Source: Sulfolobales archaeon HS-7 | GTDB lineage: Archaea > Thermoproteota > Thermoprotei_A > Sulfolobales > Sulfolobaceae | Length of the DNA stretch: 64,000 nucleotides | Reading direction: 5' to 3' | Assembly (NCBI GenBank): GCA_019704295.1 | Contig: AP024596.1 | Coordinates: 32,001-96,000 of the forward strand | Shown here: piece after piece, positions 31,453-40,736 of the stretch | How the letters are laid out: each line of letters starts with the position of its first letter | How positions within the stretch are numbered: position 1 is the stretch's first letter | Translations under genes and position numbers: made by a program | The notes under the pieces: generated by a model | The model's database searches: none | What the model was told of the DNA's origin: nothing | Seen by the model: the letters and a program-made list of their open reading frames with translations, nothing else

Positions 31453-33219
31453 CTATTCTGTCGTGTTGACGTTTATTTTCTTGATCTCCTTTTCATAGAG
31501 GGACGTTATTTCCTCCATCGTAATTATACCGAAGAATTCCCCCTTTTCTACTACAGGAGCCCATCTAGATTTTGTCCTGGCCATAACGTCCAACGCATCC
31601 TCTAGAGTGCTAGTCCTCCTAACAGAAGGCACCCCACTATGCGCGTACTTTTCAACAGTTCCCTCCTTATTGATAATATCTCTCATGTAAACTATTCCCT
31701 GGAATTTGTTATCCTCAGTTACTACTGGAAGCGAAAGGACAAGGTTCTTCTGCATCAACTCAAGCGCATTATCGACGCGGTCGGATGGTCGTATCATTAG
31801 TTTAACGAGGTTGCATTGTTCAACCCTAAGTTTTTCCATTACTGGCTGTTCGTATTCCCGTGCATGGGCTGGTGATTCCTTGCGTGTTGGTACTTGGGAT
31901 TTATATATAGTGTTATTACCCGTGATTAGGTAGGCGATAGCGACAGCTATCATTGCTCCAGGCAGTAATTGAAAGCTTCCGGTCATCTCCGTAACCATTA
32001 CCATGACAGAGAGTGGAGCCTTTGCCGCTCCTCCGAAAGTAGAGACCATACCTATAATGACAAAGGGGGCTATTGATGGTACTAGGGTGGGAAAAAGTAT
32101 GTGGAATAGAAGACCTATGTCCCCTCCAAGAAATGCGCCTATGAATATACCTGGTGCAAACACCCCCCCGCTACCGCCAGACCCTATCGTTAGCGATGTC
32201 GCTATTATCTTAACAAATGGGAGTAGAGCTAACAAGAGGATAATCGGGATACCTATAGTGTAGAACTCGTTCAGCTTATTAAACTCAAGGAGATCAACCC
32301 AACCGTAACCAGTTGCTATAACTTCCGGAAAAACGAGAGCAATTAAACCCATTGAAAACGCTCCTATAACGGGCTTTAGGTAGTTTGATACTCTTAATCG
32401 CCTAAAGATATTAGTGACTTTGTAAAAGGTCTTGATGTACAGTATTCCCACCAATCCTGCGGCGATGCCCAATACGGCGTAAAGAGGTAGTCGTAGAGGA
32501 TCGAATGGTTCCACGTAATTTCCGAAGATAGGCGTAAAACCGACGACCGAACCAAAAATTGAATACCCGATTGCTGACGCCACAAGTGCCGGGTAAATAA
32601 CCTCTGGTTCCATGTCCCTTTTATAAAGAATCTCAGAAGCTAGAAGCGCGCCTCCAATTGGCGTTTTAAATATGGTACCAATCCCCGCCCCTATACCTAC
32701 AGCTACCGCTCTTCTTCTATCCTCTGGTGATAACTGTAACAAATCCGCTAAGATAGAACCAAGTCCCGCCGAAAGCTGGGCTGTTGGCCCTTCCCTTCCC
32801 GCACTTCCCCCTGACCCTATGGTAATGGCCGATGCAATGAGCTTTATGGGAACTACTCGCCACCTGATTTTTCCCTGCTTGTTATGATAAGCAGAAATCG
32901 CTGCATCAGTTCCATGTCCTTCAGCCTCCGGTGCAAAGGTGTATACTAAAAGACCTGAAATGCCACCACCTATTGCTGTAACCAGAGGGATGAGATAGAA
33001 CCTCTCTGCAGAGAAGGTGTAAGTTAGACTCCCTCCCTCTCCCAAAGGAACGGGTAGGGTTAAACCAACGATCTGTTTCAAAAACAGGTACTCAGCCAAC
33101 CTTATAGCAAAGTAGAACGTGAGAGACGAAAGCCCAGCTATCACCCCTAGGAGTAGTCCGAGCAAGAACCACTTCTCGAAGTATGGGAGGCGGGAGAGAT
33201 TATACATTGGATTAATCAT
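31453..33219 (-). CDS. CLC chloride channel/antiporter with CBS domains
   Basis: GHGTD, GREGP and GGVFAP motifs; C-terminal CBS pair. Confidence 0.95.
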   Translation of the reverse strand: MINPMYNLSRLPYFEKWFLLGLLLGVIAGLSSLTFYFAIRLAEYLFLKQIVGLTLPVPLGEGGSLTYTFSAERFYLIPLVTAIGGGISGLLVYTFAPEAEGHGTDAAISAYHNKQGKIRWRVVPIKLIASAITIGSGGSAGREGPTAQLSAGLGSILADLLQLSPEDRRRAVAVGIGAGIGTIFKTPIGGALLASEILYKRDMEPEVIYPALVASAIGYSIFGSVVGFTPIFGNYVEPFDPLRLPLYAVLGIAAGLVGILYIKTFYKVTNIFRRLRVSNYLKPVIGAFSMGLIALVFPEVIATGYGWVDLLEFNKLNEFYTIGIPIILLLALLPFVKIIATSLTIGSGGSGGVFAPGIFIGAFLGGDIGLLFHILFPTLVPSIAPFVIIGMVSTFGGAAKAPLSVMVMVTEMTGSFQLLPGAMIAVAIAYLITGNNTIYKSQVPTRKESPAHAREYEQPVMEKLRVEQCNLVKLMIRPSDRVDNALELMQKNLVLSLPVVTEDNKFQGIVYMRDIINKEGTVEKYAHSGVPSVRRTSTLEDALDVMARTKSRWAPVVEKGEFFGIITMEEITSLYEKEIKKINVNTTE

Positions 33220-33376
33220 TATGTCATTTTGAAATAAAGTTAGGGGTAATTCACGTCTCCTTTGCGAGTTTAGTTTATTTCATGGAACATAACAAATCTA
33301 ATTCAATGCTATCGCAATGACTGAGGGGATTTATGCTTAGTTAGACCTTGAGGGTAAAGGGAAAAATCTCTTATAA

Positions 33377-33432
33377 GGCACTGCATAACACGTCCTTCTC
33401 TGGGGAATACTAGGAATTATGGTTTGGAATGC
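33377..33432 (+). repeat. Truncated copy of a dispersed MITE-like repeat (partner at 63795)
   Basis: GGCACTGCATAACACG-N16-ACTAGGAAT shared with 63795-63835. Confidence 0.7.
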
Positions 33433-33617
33433 TTATTACGTAGAAGCTAATCACCTTGGTTTTTATGGTCTGACAAAGTATAGATTTAGAAATTTATTAT
33501 GTTTTATCTTTCTTTCTCAATTTAATTTACAATAGAACCTGAATAGCCAAAGTTAAGGGACATTCAATGAGGAATTCTTGAAAACCAATTTTTAGTTAGG
33601 ACTATTTATTGTGCCAT

Positions 33618-34466
33618 ATGAAAGTAGCAATTATCGGAGCAGGTTATGCAGGACTTAACGCGTATTACTCCTTGAAGGGGAGATCCGTTGAGATCATCTC
33701 GGAAGGGGAAAACTTCACGTTTTACACAAACTCTTACCTGCAAGACAAAATAGCAAGAGTGGATTTCGTAAGGGTAAGTAAAGTAACAGAGGTGGATCTG
33801 AAGGATGGTAGTTTTAAGGCTAAACAAGAGGAAAAGCCTGACGTGCTGATCGTTGCCGTTGGATGTAACCACACTGAACAGCTAAAGGTGATAAGGGATT
33901 ACATATCAAAGGGGGGATGCATATCATCTGAAACGAAATATGACGAGTATATGGCTATACAATCTGCGCTCTACCTGTCAAAGCGTTCAAGGGCCGCTAA
34001 ATATCACGGTGAATTCATGAAGTGGTTAGGAAGGGGGGTTGATCAAAAGTTAAGTAATTTTCTAGAGAGAAATGGAGTAGATACTTGTGAATCCCCATCC
34101 CACGTTATACCTCAATGTAACCCCAATCTCTTTGACGAGTTCATTCCAGTTAATAGTTACCTAATGCATGGTAGAACCTTCGTTATAGGCGATATAGCCG
34201 ACTACGGTCCGAAACTAGGCGAACTTTCCATGCGAATGGGAATTCACGTCGGTAGGGAAATCTCTCACGGATTAAGTCGCTTTATCCCCATTTACATACA
34301 CATGTTTCAGGGAAAGAAACGAGGTCTAAGGATAGTGAGTGACGTTCCGTGGGGAGGTAGAAAAGTAATTGTAAGGGAATCCGTTCTTTACAACTTTATG
34401 AAGTCCTTCATTAACGTCTACTATCCGTTGAGGAAAGGGAGAATGGGTTTCCTGGTAAAGATTTAA
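33618..34466 (+). CDS. Short FAD-dependent oxidoreductase (SQR/NDH-2-like)
   Basis: GAGYAG, LIVAVG, FVIGD and PKLGE motifs. Confidence 0.75.
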   Translation: MKVAIIGAGYAGLNAYYSLKGRSVEIISEGENFTFYTNSYLQDKIARVDFVRVSKVTEVDLKDGSFKAKQEEKPDVLIVAVGCNHTEQLKVIRDYISKGGCISSETKYDEYMAIQSALYLSKRSRAAKYHGEFMKWLGRGVDQKLSNFLERNGVDTCESPSHVIPQCNPNLFDEFIPVNSYLMHGRTFVIGDIADYGPKLGELSMRMGIHVGREISHGLSRFIPIYIHMFQGKKRGLRIVSDVPWGGRKVIVRESVLYNFMKSFINVYYPLRKGRMGFLVKI

Positions 34467-34478
34467 CAGGTAAGTTAG

Positions 34479-35387
34479 TTACAGAATTCGCGGGAAACCT
34501 AATATAACGTCGAGAATCACTCCCAACCCTAAGACGATTGATGAGTAAATGTTGAAATAAAACGCCTTTCCGAAGTTTCCAGACGTAGCATAAGCATAAG
34601 CCCTTAGCATGATCAAGCCGTGAAGCAATGTTGCCAAGTAGGATATAGCTCCTAACGAATACCAGTAATCCCCGACGAAGGCTAAGGTAACTGAGGCCAC
34701 CTGATTAAGACCTGCGAAGGCGAGGGCTCTTTTCCCTAACGTGACTGCAAAACTATGTAGGCCCATCTCTCGGTCGAAATCCTCATCAGGTATATGATTG
34801 TAAAGATCAAATCCTACCGCCCAAAAAACAGTTGCAACTATGAAGAACCAAGGAAGTCTGTAAATCAGGGTCGTAAACGAGGAGACATCCCCGCCTATTC
34901 CCGCTACTGCTCCTCCAAACACTGCGAGGGCCTGTATCGATGCCAAGTGGTAGTTTGCAAGAGAAGTTATTCTCTTCATATATGGGTAGGACATTGTAAC
35001 TCCAGCTACTAGGGGGGAGAACAGAAGTGCCCAGAAGTTAATGAAATAGGTCGAAACGAAAAAGCCAATTAGACCTATGGCTATCATAATTTTCGCTTCC
35101 CTAACTGTTATTGCCCCAGTAACCAAGGGTCTATTTTTCGTTCTAGGATTCCTTGAGTCTATATCCCTGTCCGCTAAGTTGTCATTAGTCATTCCAGCTA
35201 TTCTGAGGAAAAATAACGATACAAAGACAAGGATCAGGATCCTTAACGTGGGAATCCCCCTTAACGCTACGAATGCACCCAGGTAGGCCATTGGTAAACT
35301 GAAGAACGTCTGCTCTATTCTAAGGAATTTCATTATAACGTAAAGCTTTCCTTTGTTTCCTCCTAGGCCTCCTGGATCCCACGCCAT
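34479..35387 (-). CDS. ubiA: UbiA-family prenyltransferase
   Basis: NDNLADRDID-NPRTKNRP, YPYMKR and D-LYNHIPD motifs; start at MAWDPGG. Confidence 0.9.
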   Translation of the reverse strand: MAWDPGGLGGNKGKLYVIMKFLRIEQTFFSLPMAYLGAFVALRGIPTLRILILVFVSLFFLRIAGMTNDNLADRDIDSRNPRTKNRPLVTGAITVREAKIMIAIGLIGFFVSTYFINFWALLFSPLVAGVTMSYPYMKRITSLANYHLASIQALAVFGGAVAGIGGDVSSFTTLIYRLPWFFIVATVFWAVGFDLYNHIPDEDFDREMGLHSFAVTLGKRALAFAGLNQVASVTLAFVGDYWYSLGAISYLATLLHGLIMLRAYAYATSGNFGKAFYFNIYSSIVLGLGVILDVILGFPRIL

Positions 35388-35572
35388 AGTAAACGATACC
35401 TTGCAAAAGTTAAGAGTTTTACTATTTGGATTTTTTACTAGGAAGGTTTGGGGAGAGAACACTGTTCATAAAAAGAGCAGACGTAATGCGTCCATGATGT
35501 GTAATTGAGGTTTAGTTAAACCAAAATCCGTAGTAAAAAAATATAAAATCCCTAAAGTTGTTATACTAAACT

Positions 35573-36157
35573 ATGGAAAAATTCATCGAGTTAAGTAGGG
35601 GAAAAATTAGGTTCATTGAGATGGGGGAGGGAGATCGAACGGTTATCCTATTTCATGGTGCCAGATTTACCGCTGATACTTGGAGTCAGGTTGGAACGCT
35701 AGAAGCTATTGCTAACGCGGGATTCAGGGCAGTTGCAGTAGACTTCCCTGGATTCGGTAAGTCTAAGGGAAATTACGCATCGCTCAATCAGTTTGTGGAG
35801 GAATTCGTTAGGATGTTCAATAAACCCGTGTTACTTGGCGCCTCAATGGGAGGCGAGCAGGCTCTCAGCTTCTCAGTGAATCATCCGGATTTGATTAGCG
35901 GACTTATCTTAGTTGGTGCCGTTAGTGTAGCTAATTATTCAAAGGAGTTGAACAAAATAAAGGACATACCTATACTACTGATTTGGGGGAAACGCGATAC
36001 AGTGTCTCCAATTGAAAACGCAAGGTTAATACAGGGAGTTATCCCCCACGCAATACTGGTGCATGTAGGGGAACAACATGCCTGTTACCTCGACGATCCA
36101 AAGGGATTTAACGAAGAGGTGAGAAAATTCCTAACGAACTTGATCAAATTACGTTAA
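35573..36157 (+). CDS. Alpha/beta hydrolase (ABHD14-like)
   Basis: FHG, DFPGFG, GASMGG and HACY motifs. Confidence 0.9.
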   Translation: MEKFIELSRGKIRFIEMGEGDRTVILFHGARFTADTWSQVGTLEAIANAGFRAVAVDFPGFGKSKGNYASLNQFVEEFVRMFNKPVLLGASMGGEQALSFSVNHPDLISGLILVGAVSVANYSKELNKIKDIPILLIWGKRDTVSPIENARLIQGVIPHAILVHVGEQHACYLDDPKGFNEEVRKFLTNLIKLR

Positions 36158-36207
36158 GGGAAGTTCTCTCAGATCGGAGATACGTCATTATACTCAATCA
36201 CCTTAAG

Positions 36208-36750
36208 ATGGCTAACGTCGATTACGGGAAGTCCATAATGATGAACACCAAAATACCCATAGAGGATGTTGTAATGCTTCTTGAGAAATTAGAGTCCATG
36301 GGTCTTATAGAGAGGGTTATGGGTTCTGCTCTGAAGAACACTAAGGCCAAGTTTAAGTTAAGTCCAGAAGTACATAAACACCACACTTACTACACGCTTA
36401 CTAGAAAAGGGGACATCATCTTAAGGGAATTACAGCACAAAGGAATTGACGCATATGTCGAAATAGTAAAGGAAAAGCCTGAGTACGCGCGTTACCTGAC
36501 GCTTGCTAAGGAACTAAATGCTGATCATGCACTGACCTATGCTAAGCTCTTGCACAGGCCCTTGGAAACCGTTATTAAGGAAATTGAGGAGTTAGTGAGT
36601 TTGGGATTAATGGAGGAGAAAAAGCAGAAGATAATAAAGTTCGGGGAGAGGAAATCCAAGCCTAAAAAGGAAACGAGAACACATCACAAATACTACGGTC
36701 TATCAAGAACGGGCGAACTAGTTGTGAGGAAGATCAACGGTAAAAACTGA
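36208..36750 (+). CDS. Tandem winged-helix protein (DUF2250-like); true start probably upstream
   Basis: Two repeats ending HHTYYTLTRKG and HHKYYGLSRTG. Confidence 0.8.
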   Translation: MANVDYGKSIMMNTKIPIEDVVMLLEKLESMGLIERVMGSALKNTKAKFKLSPEVHKHHTYYTLTRKGDIILRELQHKGIDAYVEIVKEKPEYARYLTLAKELNADHALTYAKLLHRPLETVIKEIEELVSLGLMEEKKQKIIKFGERKSKPKKETRTHHKYYGLSRTGELVVRKINGKN

Positions 36751-36779
36751 TATGTCAGGTCGCTCTAGGTGCAGGGAAG

Positions 36780-37145
36780 TTACCTAAGACTTAATATATT
36801 CTCATTTCCCTTAATCCTTTTCCTGTTTGAAAACCCCTCGCCAACGTAGTGCCAGTACATTATCTCCGGTTCACCATATCTCCAGCATAAGTAAGCCGGA
36901 GCGTCGTTAATGACGGCTGGAAAGTCTACTATTCCCTTTTCAACGTCCCTTATTATGATTCCCTTCTTAGCTATTTCGCTTACTATACTATCAACCTCCG
37001 ACACATATATAGACAGAAGTTGCTTTTCCCCCATAACGAGCGACTCCTCTACTTCCCTCCTCAACTTCTTTAATTCTTTTACTCTCTCTCTAACCCATGG
37101 CAGAAGTTCGCTAGCTGTCTCGAGGTCAAAATAAGGATAACTCAT
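36780..37145 (-). CDS. DUF2203-family protein
   Basis: GIVDFPA, YLCWRYGE and YWH-GF motifs. Confidence 0.85.
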   Translation of the reverse strand: MSYPYFDLETASELLPWVRERVKELKKLRREVEESLVMGEKQLLSIYVSEVDSIVSEIAKKGIIIRDVEKGIVDFPAVINDAPAYLCWRYGEPEIMYWHYVGEGFSNRKRIKGNENILSLR

Positions 37146-37183
37146 AATGGTTATTTATTTTCCTCTATTAAAAATACTCGCTC

Positions 37184-38080
37184 ATGCTCTTGGCTTTAGC
37201 AGTGACTTTAACATCGCTTATAGGCATTGCCTTATCATCGTTCATCCTTTCACGTGGGATCGAAGCTCTAGAGGAGTCCTTTGGACAGGGAACTGCTGGG
37301 GGATTAATACTAGGGTTCATCGAATCGCTACCTGAGACGATTGTGGTAATTGAGGCCCTCGCATTAAAAAGTCCTCAGATTGCAATTGGCGCATCGTTAG
37401 GTGGTAGCATAATTCTTTTTACCTTAATGTCGGGGATTGTAGTACTCTCTTCTTATCTAAAGGAAAGAGGTCCTCTACTCCTTCGGGAAGACTATAAGAC
37501 AGAAGCTATTTTTAACTTAGGTGCTGTTATGTGCGTTCTCATAATTCTGTTTTTCTTTGAAGTAAATCTCGTGAGCGGAGTAATTCTCATTGCCTTTTAC
37601 TTACTATACTCCGCTCTAAGGATCAAAAGGAGAAAAGGAGGAAAGATTAAAATCAGGAATTTAATCCAAATCTTAATAGCGGTTGCATTAACGGTGGTTA
37701 TAGCTCCCTTTTTTCTCTCAAATCTAATTTTACTGTCGACTCAGACTCGGATACCATTAATTTGGCTTTCGTTAGTTATTTCTCCTATAGGCGCTGACGT
37801 GGAGGAATTAATTAACGGATTAATACTAGCACTTATGGGGAAAGGTTCGATAGCGATAGTCAGTTTTCTCGGCGCTAAGCTGGAGAACTTCACCTTACTT
37901 CTAGGATTCACGGGTTTATTCTACGAAGTTAATCTAAGGTTATATTATTCTGAGGTATTTCCCTCGATCTTATTCTCCCTCATATTTATTCTACTAGTAT
38001 TTAGGGGGAAAATAGGAAGGATAGAGGGAGTAATTCTGATACTTCTGTACTTTCTGGCAATATCAATTCCATTCTTGTGA
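37184..38080 (+). CDS. Na+/Ca2+ (CaCA) antiporter-like membrane protein
   Basis: SLPE alpha-repeat; about 10 TM helices. Confidence 0.8.
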   Translation: MLLALAVTLTSLIGIALSSFILSRGIEALEESFGQGTAGGLILGFIESLPETIVVIEALALKSPQIAIGASLGGSIILFTLMSGIVVLSSYLKERGPLLLREDYKTEAIFNLGAVMCVLIILFFFEVNLVSGVILIAFYLLYSALRIKRRKGGKIKIRNLIQILIAVALTVVIAPFFLSNLILLSTQTRIPLIWLSLVISPIGADVEELINGLILALMGKGSIAIVSFLGAKLENFTLLLGFTGLFYEVNLRLYYSEVFPSILFSLIFILLVFRGKIGRIEGVILILLYFLAISIPFL

Positions 38081-38264
38081 TTCGCATTTACAGGTATGGG
38101 CAATAAGAATGAGGATTCCTTATTCTATATTTTTGTTGAAAAGTCCAATTAATAATATCTTACTAATGTGAGATTTTCTGTAAAATAACACTAGAAATGA
38201 TACCAATAAGGCGACGTATTTAACAAGGATAAATCTTAAATGACGTTCTTCCGTGCCCTTAAAC

Positions 38265-40736
38265 TTAGTCAATATCATTGATTTTCTCGCAGATCTCCTC
38301 TGCCGATTTTAAATTAACCAATTCCACCTTCTTGTTCTCTTCAAAGGGGATTTCTGAGAGTTTAGGATTAATTATAATTGTCCTGTATTCATTAATTCGT
38401 GAGACCCATAATATAAAGTCAAATACAATTTCGGAGAACGCCTTTACTCTCTCGTAGCTTGAGAAATACCAGGTCGCTTTCTTTAAATCGCTTCTTTGAT
38501 TTAAACACGATTCTAGAATTCTCACAAAGACCATCTCGTTTTCATTAAGTTCCTCCCTCCTAATTCCAACGGAAGGAAAGGGTTTGAATTTTACGAAATG
38601 TGATAGTACTTGTTCGTCTCTAATCTCATTCTTTAGTAATGCTATCTTCTTGAGTGAGATTACTTCCCTTGAGTTCTCCCTACTACCTCTTATTTCGAGT
38701 AACAAGTTAAGAGTGTCGTAATAAGGATCACCAGTACCAACTCCCTCCTTTGACTCACCCCTGTTTTCATCAGAGAATCCCGCGGAATCACAATTACTTA
38801 GCAATTTCATTAGTACCTCTATGTCATGTGGTGTCGCGAAGTCGCTGTAAATTGCATATAATACCTTTTTATCCCCAATCCACTCTACGAATTCCTTCAC
38901 CGAAGCACAGTTAACTTTTAGTTCTCTCCCTTTTTTTCGCTTGACATACGGCAAGTATAAGGGGATCTTCTCCTCTAATGCTGTAATCTTCCTGTCAAAG
39001 TCAATTGACTCTAGGATTCTTCTTACATTATCAGCATCTGTTGCCATAACGAATAACGTCTCGAGGAAGGAGACATCAACCCCTTCAACTTTCTGGAAAT
39101 CATGAGCGAACCTTAACCTTTTCCTAATTCCCTTAACTGGTTCTATCCTTTCTCCTCGCCCTAAGGATTGAAGCACGTATTTCTTAGCGTCTCCCTTCCC
39201 TATATTGAGGAAGAGCATAACATTGGGTCTGTTCGAGTCCCATCCCTCGTAGAACGACCTTGAACCTAAGAGAATATTAACCGAGTTTTCGTTTAGAGTA
39301 GAAAAGAAGCTCTCGTCCTTATAAGTCTGACTTACGTAATATCCAGACAATTTATAAGTTAACCATTTACTTATATCTCCTATTTTTATCATGGCAAAGG
39401 GTCTGCTCGACGTCTTAAGCTTAAATACGAGTTCCTTTGAGTTCTCGGGAATCCGTATTACCTCAATCTCTCCTGGTGCTCTAGTGTTAAAGACGTACCA
39501 TAGCACGTCCTCGTAGGAAATATTTCCTATTTCGTATCGAGAACCTTTTAGTTCCTCCATTAATTCCAAGAGAGACGTCTCATAAATCTCTCGATCCGGT
39601 AAGGTGGCTATTTTCCCCAAAGTTCGGAAGAAGATCTCTAAATCTGAGTTTCGTTTATTAACGGAATTACCTAAAACAACGAGGAGCGGTTCATGGTACG
39701 TAAGACCTTTTTCCCTAATCTTCTCCAACTCCTTTTTAGTTGCAGTGAGAATAATCAGGGACTTAATCACGGTTTTAATTTTATCTCTCTCGCTCAACTC
39801 TCCTACGTTTCCTATGTTACCGCCGAGTACGAATATCTCCTTTCCGTAACCGGAGTTTATGAACTTCGTGAGGTTAAAGTTGTAAACTGTGGTAACGATA
39901 TCCCACGGGTCAGTAAACGTGGCAGAAAAGTTGAAGAGAAACCCATTCCTGGTGAGATATGAGAGGTATACTTGTCGCCTGGAATCCTCCTTGTCACCTT
40001 TATGTGCCTCATCTAAGATAATGTACCACTTTCCCCCGTTATCTACCTCCAGGAATGATATTACCTTCTTTCCAGTATCATCGGATATCAGATCCGAACG
40101 GTATACGAATACATTAATCGAACTCTCCTCTAGTCTACTTTCCAGGCTATTTCTATCTGACAGTTCGTAAAACCTTATCTTCCTGCCGTGATCAGCATTA
40201 TATTCCTCGATATGTCTAATAACCTGATTGATAAGGTCATCCCTGGATGAAAGGATCATGATCTTCCCGAGGGGTATTTTGCCGATCCTCATTAAGTAAT
40301 CCAATAACTCGACGAGCTTTACTATGATGAGAGTTTTCCCAGAACCTGTAGCCATCCAGAACCCAGCTCTATTGACGAAATTTCGAAAGCTAATTCTCCT
40401 TTTCCTCCCAGTGTATTCCACGGGATAGTAATTCCTGATTACCTGAAACGTAGGACTTCCTTCGTTAATCCCTAACTTTGATATCAACGGTTCTACATTT
40501 ACAACCCTTTCGTAAAACCTCTCTTTTATGACGTTAATATCCTCATGGGGGGTATCTCCGTAGAAGCACCATAATAGCTTAATGATATTGTTAAGCGCAT
40601 TAACCTGATGTTCAAAAAGCTCCTTTGATTGAGAGAAAAAGTGGAAATTTTGCGGAATCCACGCGGGACTCACTTCGTCGATCTCATCGACAATTGCCTG
40701 GTATACCGGCCTTAAGATGGGCATTACTCCCACCAA
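38265..40736 (-). CDS. res: Type III restriction enzyme Res subunit (SF2 helicase with a possibly degenerate nuclease)
   Basis: MATGSGKT, DEAH, FSAT, EGWD and QSLGRG motifs; downstream of mod. Confidence 0.88.
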   Translation of the reverse strand: MVGVMPILRPVYQAIVDEIDEVSPAWIPQNFHFFSQSKELFEHQVNALNNIIKLLWCFYGDTPHEDINVIKERFYERVVNVEPLISKLGINEGSPTFQVIRNYYPVEYTGRKRRISFRNFVNRAGFWMATGSGKTLIIVKLVELLDYLMRIGKIPLGKIMILSSRDDLINQVIRHIEEYNADHGRKIRFYELSDRNSLESRLEESSINVFVYRSDLISDDTGKKVISFLEVDNGGKWYIILDEAHKGDKEDSRRQVYLSYLTRNGFLFNFSATFTDPWDIVTTVYNFNLTKFINSGYGKEIFVLGGNIGNVGELSERDKIKTVIKSLIILTATKKELEKIREKGLTYHEPLLVVLGNSVNKRNSDLEIFFRTLGKIATLPDREIYETSLLELMEELKGSRYEIGNISYEDVLWYVFNTRAPGEIEVIRIPENSKELVFKLKTSSRPFAMIKIGDISKWLTYKLSGYYVSQTYKDESFFSTLNENSVNILLGSRSFYEGWDSNRPNVMLFLNIGKGDAKKYVLQSLGRGERIEPVKGIRKRLRFAHDFQKVEGVDVSFLETLFVMATDADNVRRILESIDFDRKITALEEKIPLYLPYVKRKKGRELKVNCASVKEFVEWIGDKKVLYAIYSDFATPHDIEVLMKLLSNCDSAGFSDENRGESKEGVGTGDPYYDTLNLLLEIRGSRENSREVISLKKIALLKNEIRDEQVLSHFVKFKPFPSVGIRREELNENEMVFVRILESCLNQRSDLKKATWYFSSYERVKAFSEIVFDFILWVSRINEYRTIIINPKLSEIPFEENKKVELVNLKSAEEICEKINDID

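Noticed and set aside
33393-33408. 16-nt variable 'spacer' between conserved blocks of the GGCACTGCATAACACG repeat
   Set aside because: The two versions are 8/16 identical, consistent with ordinary divergence rather than a programmable guide
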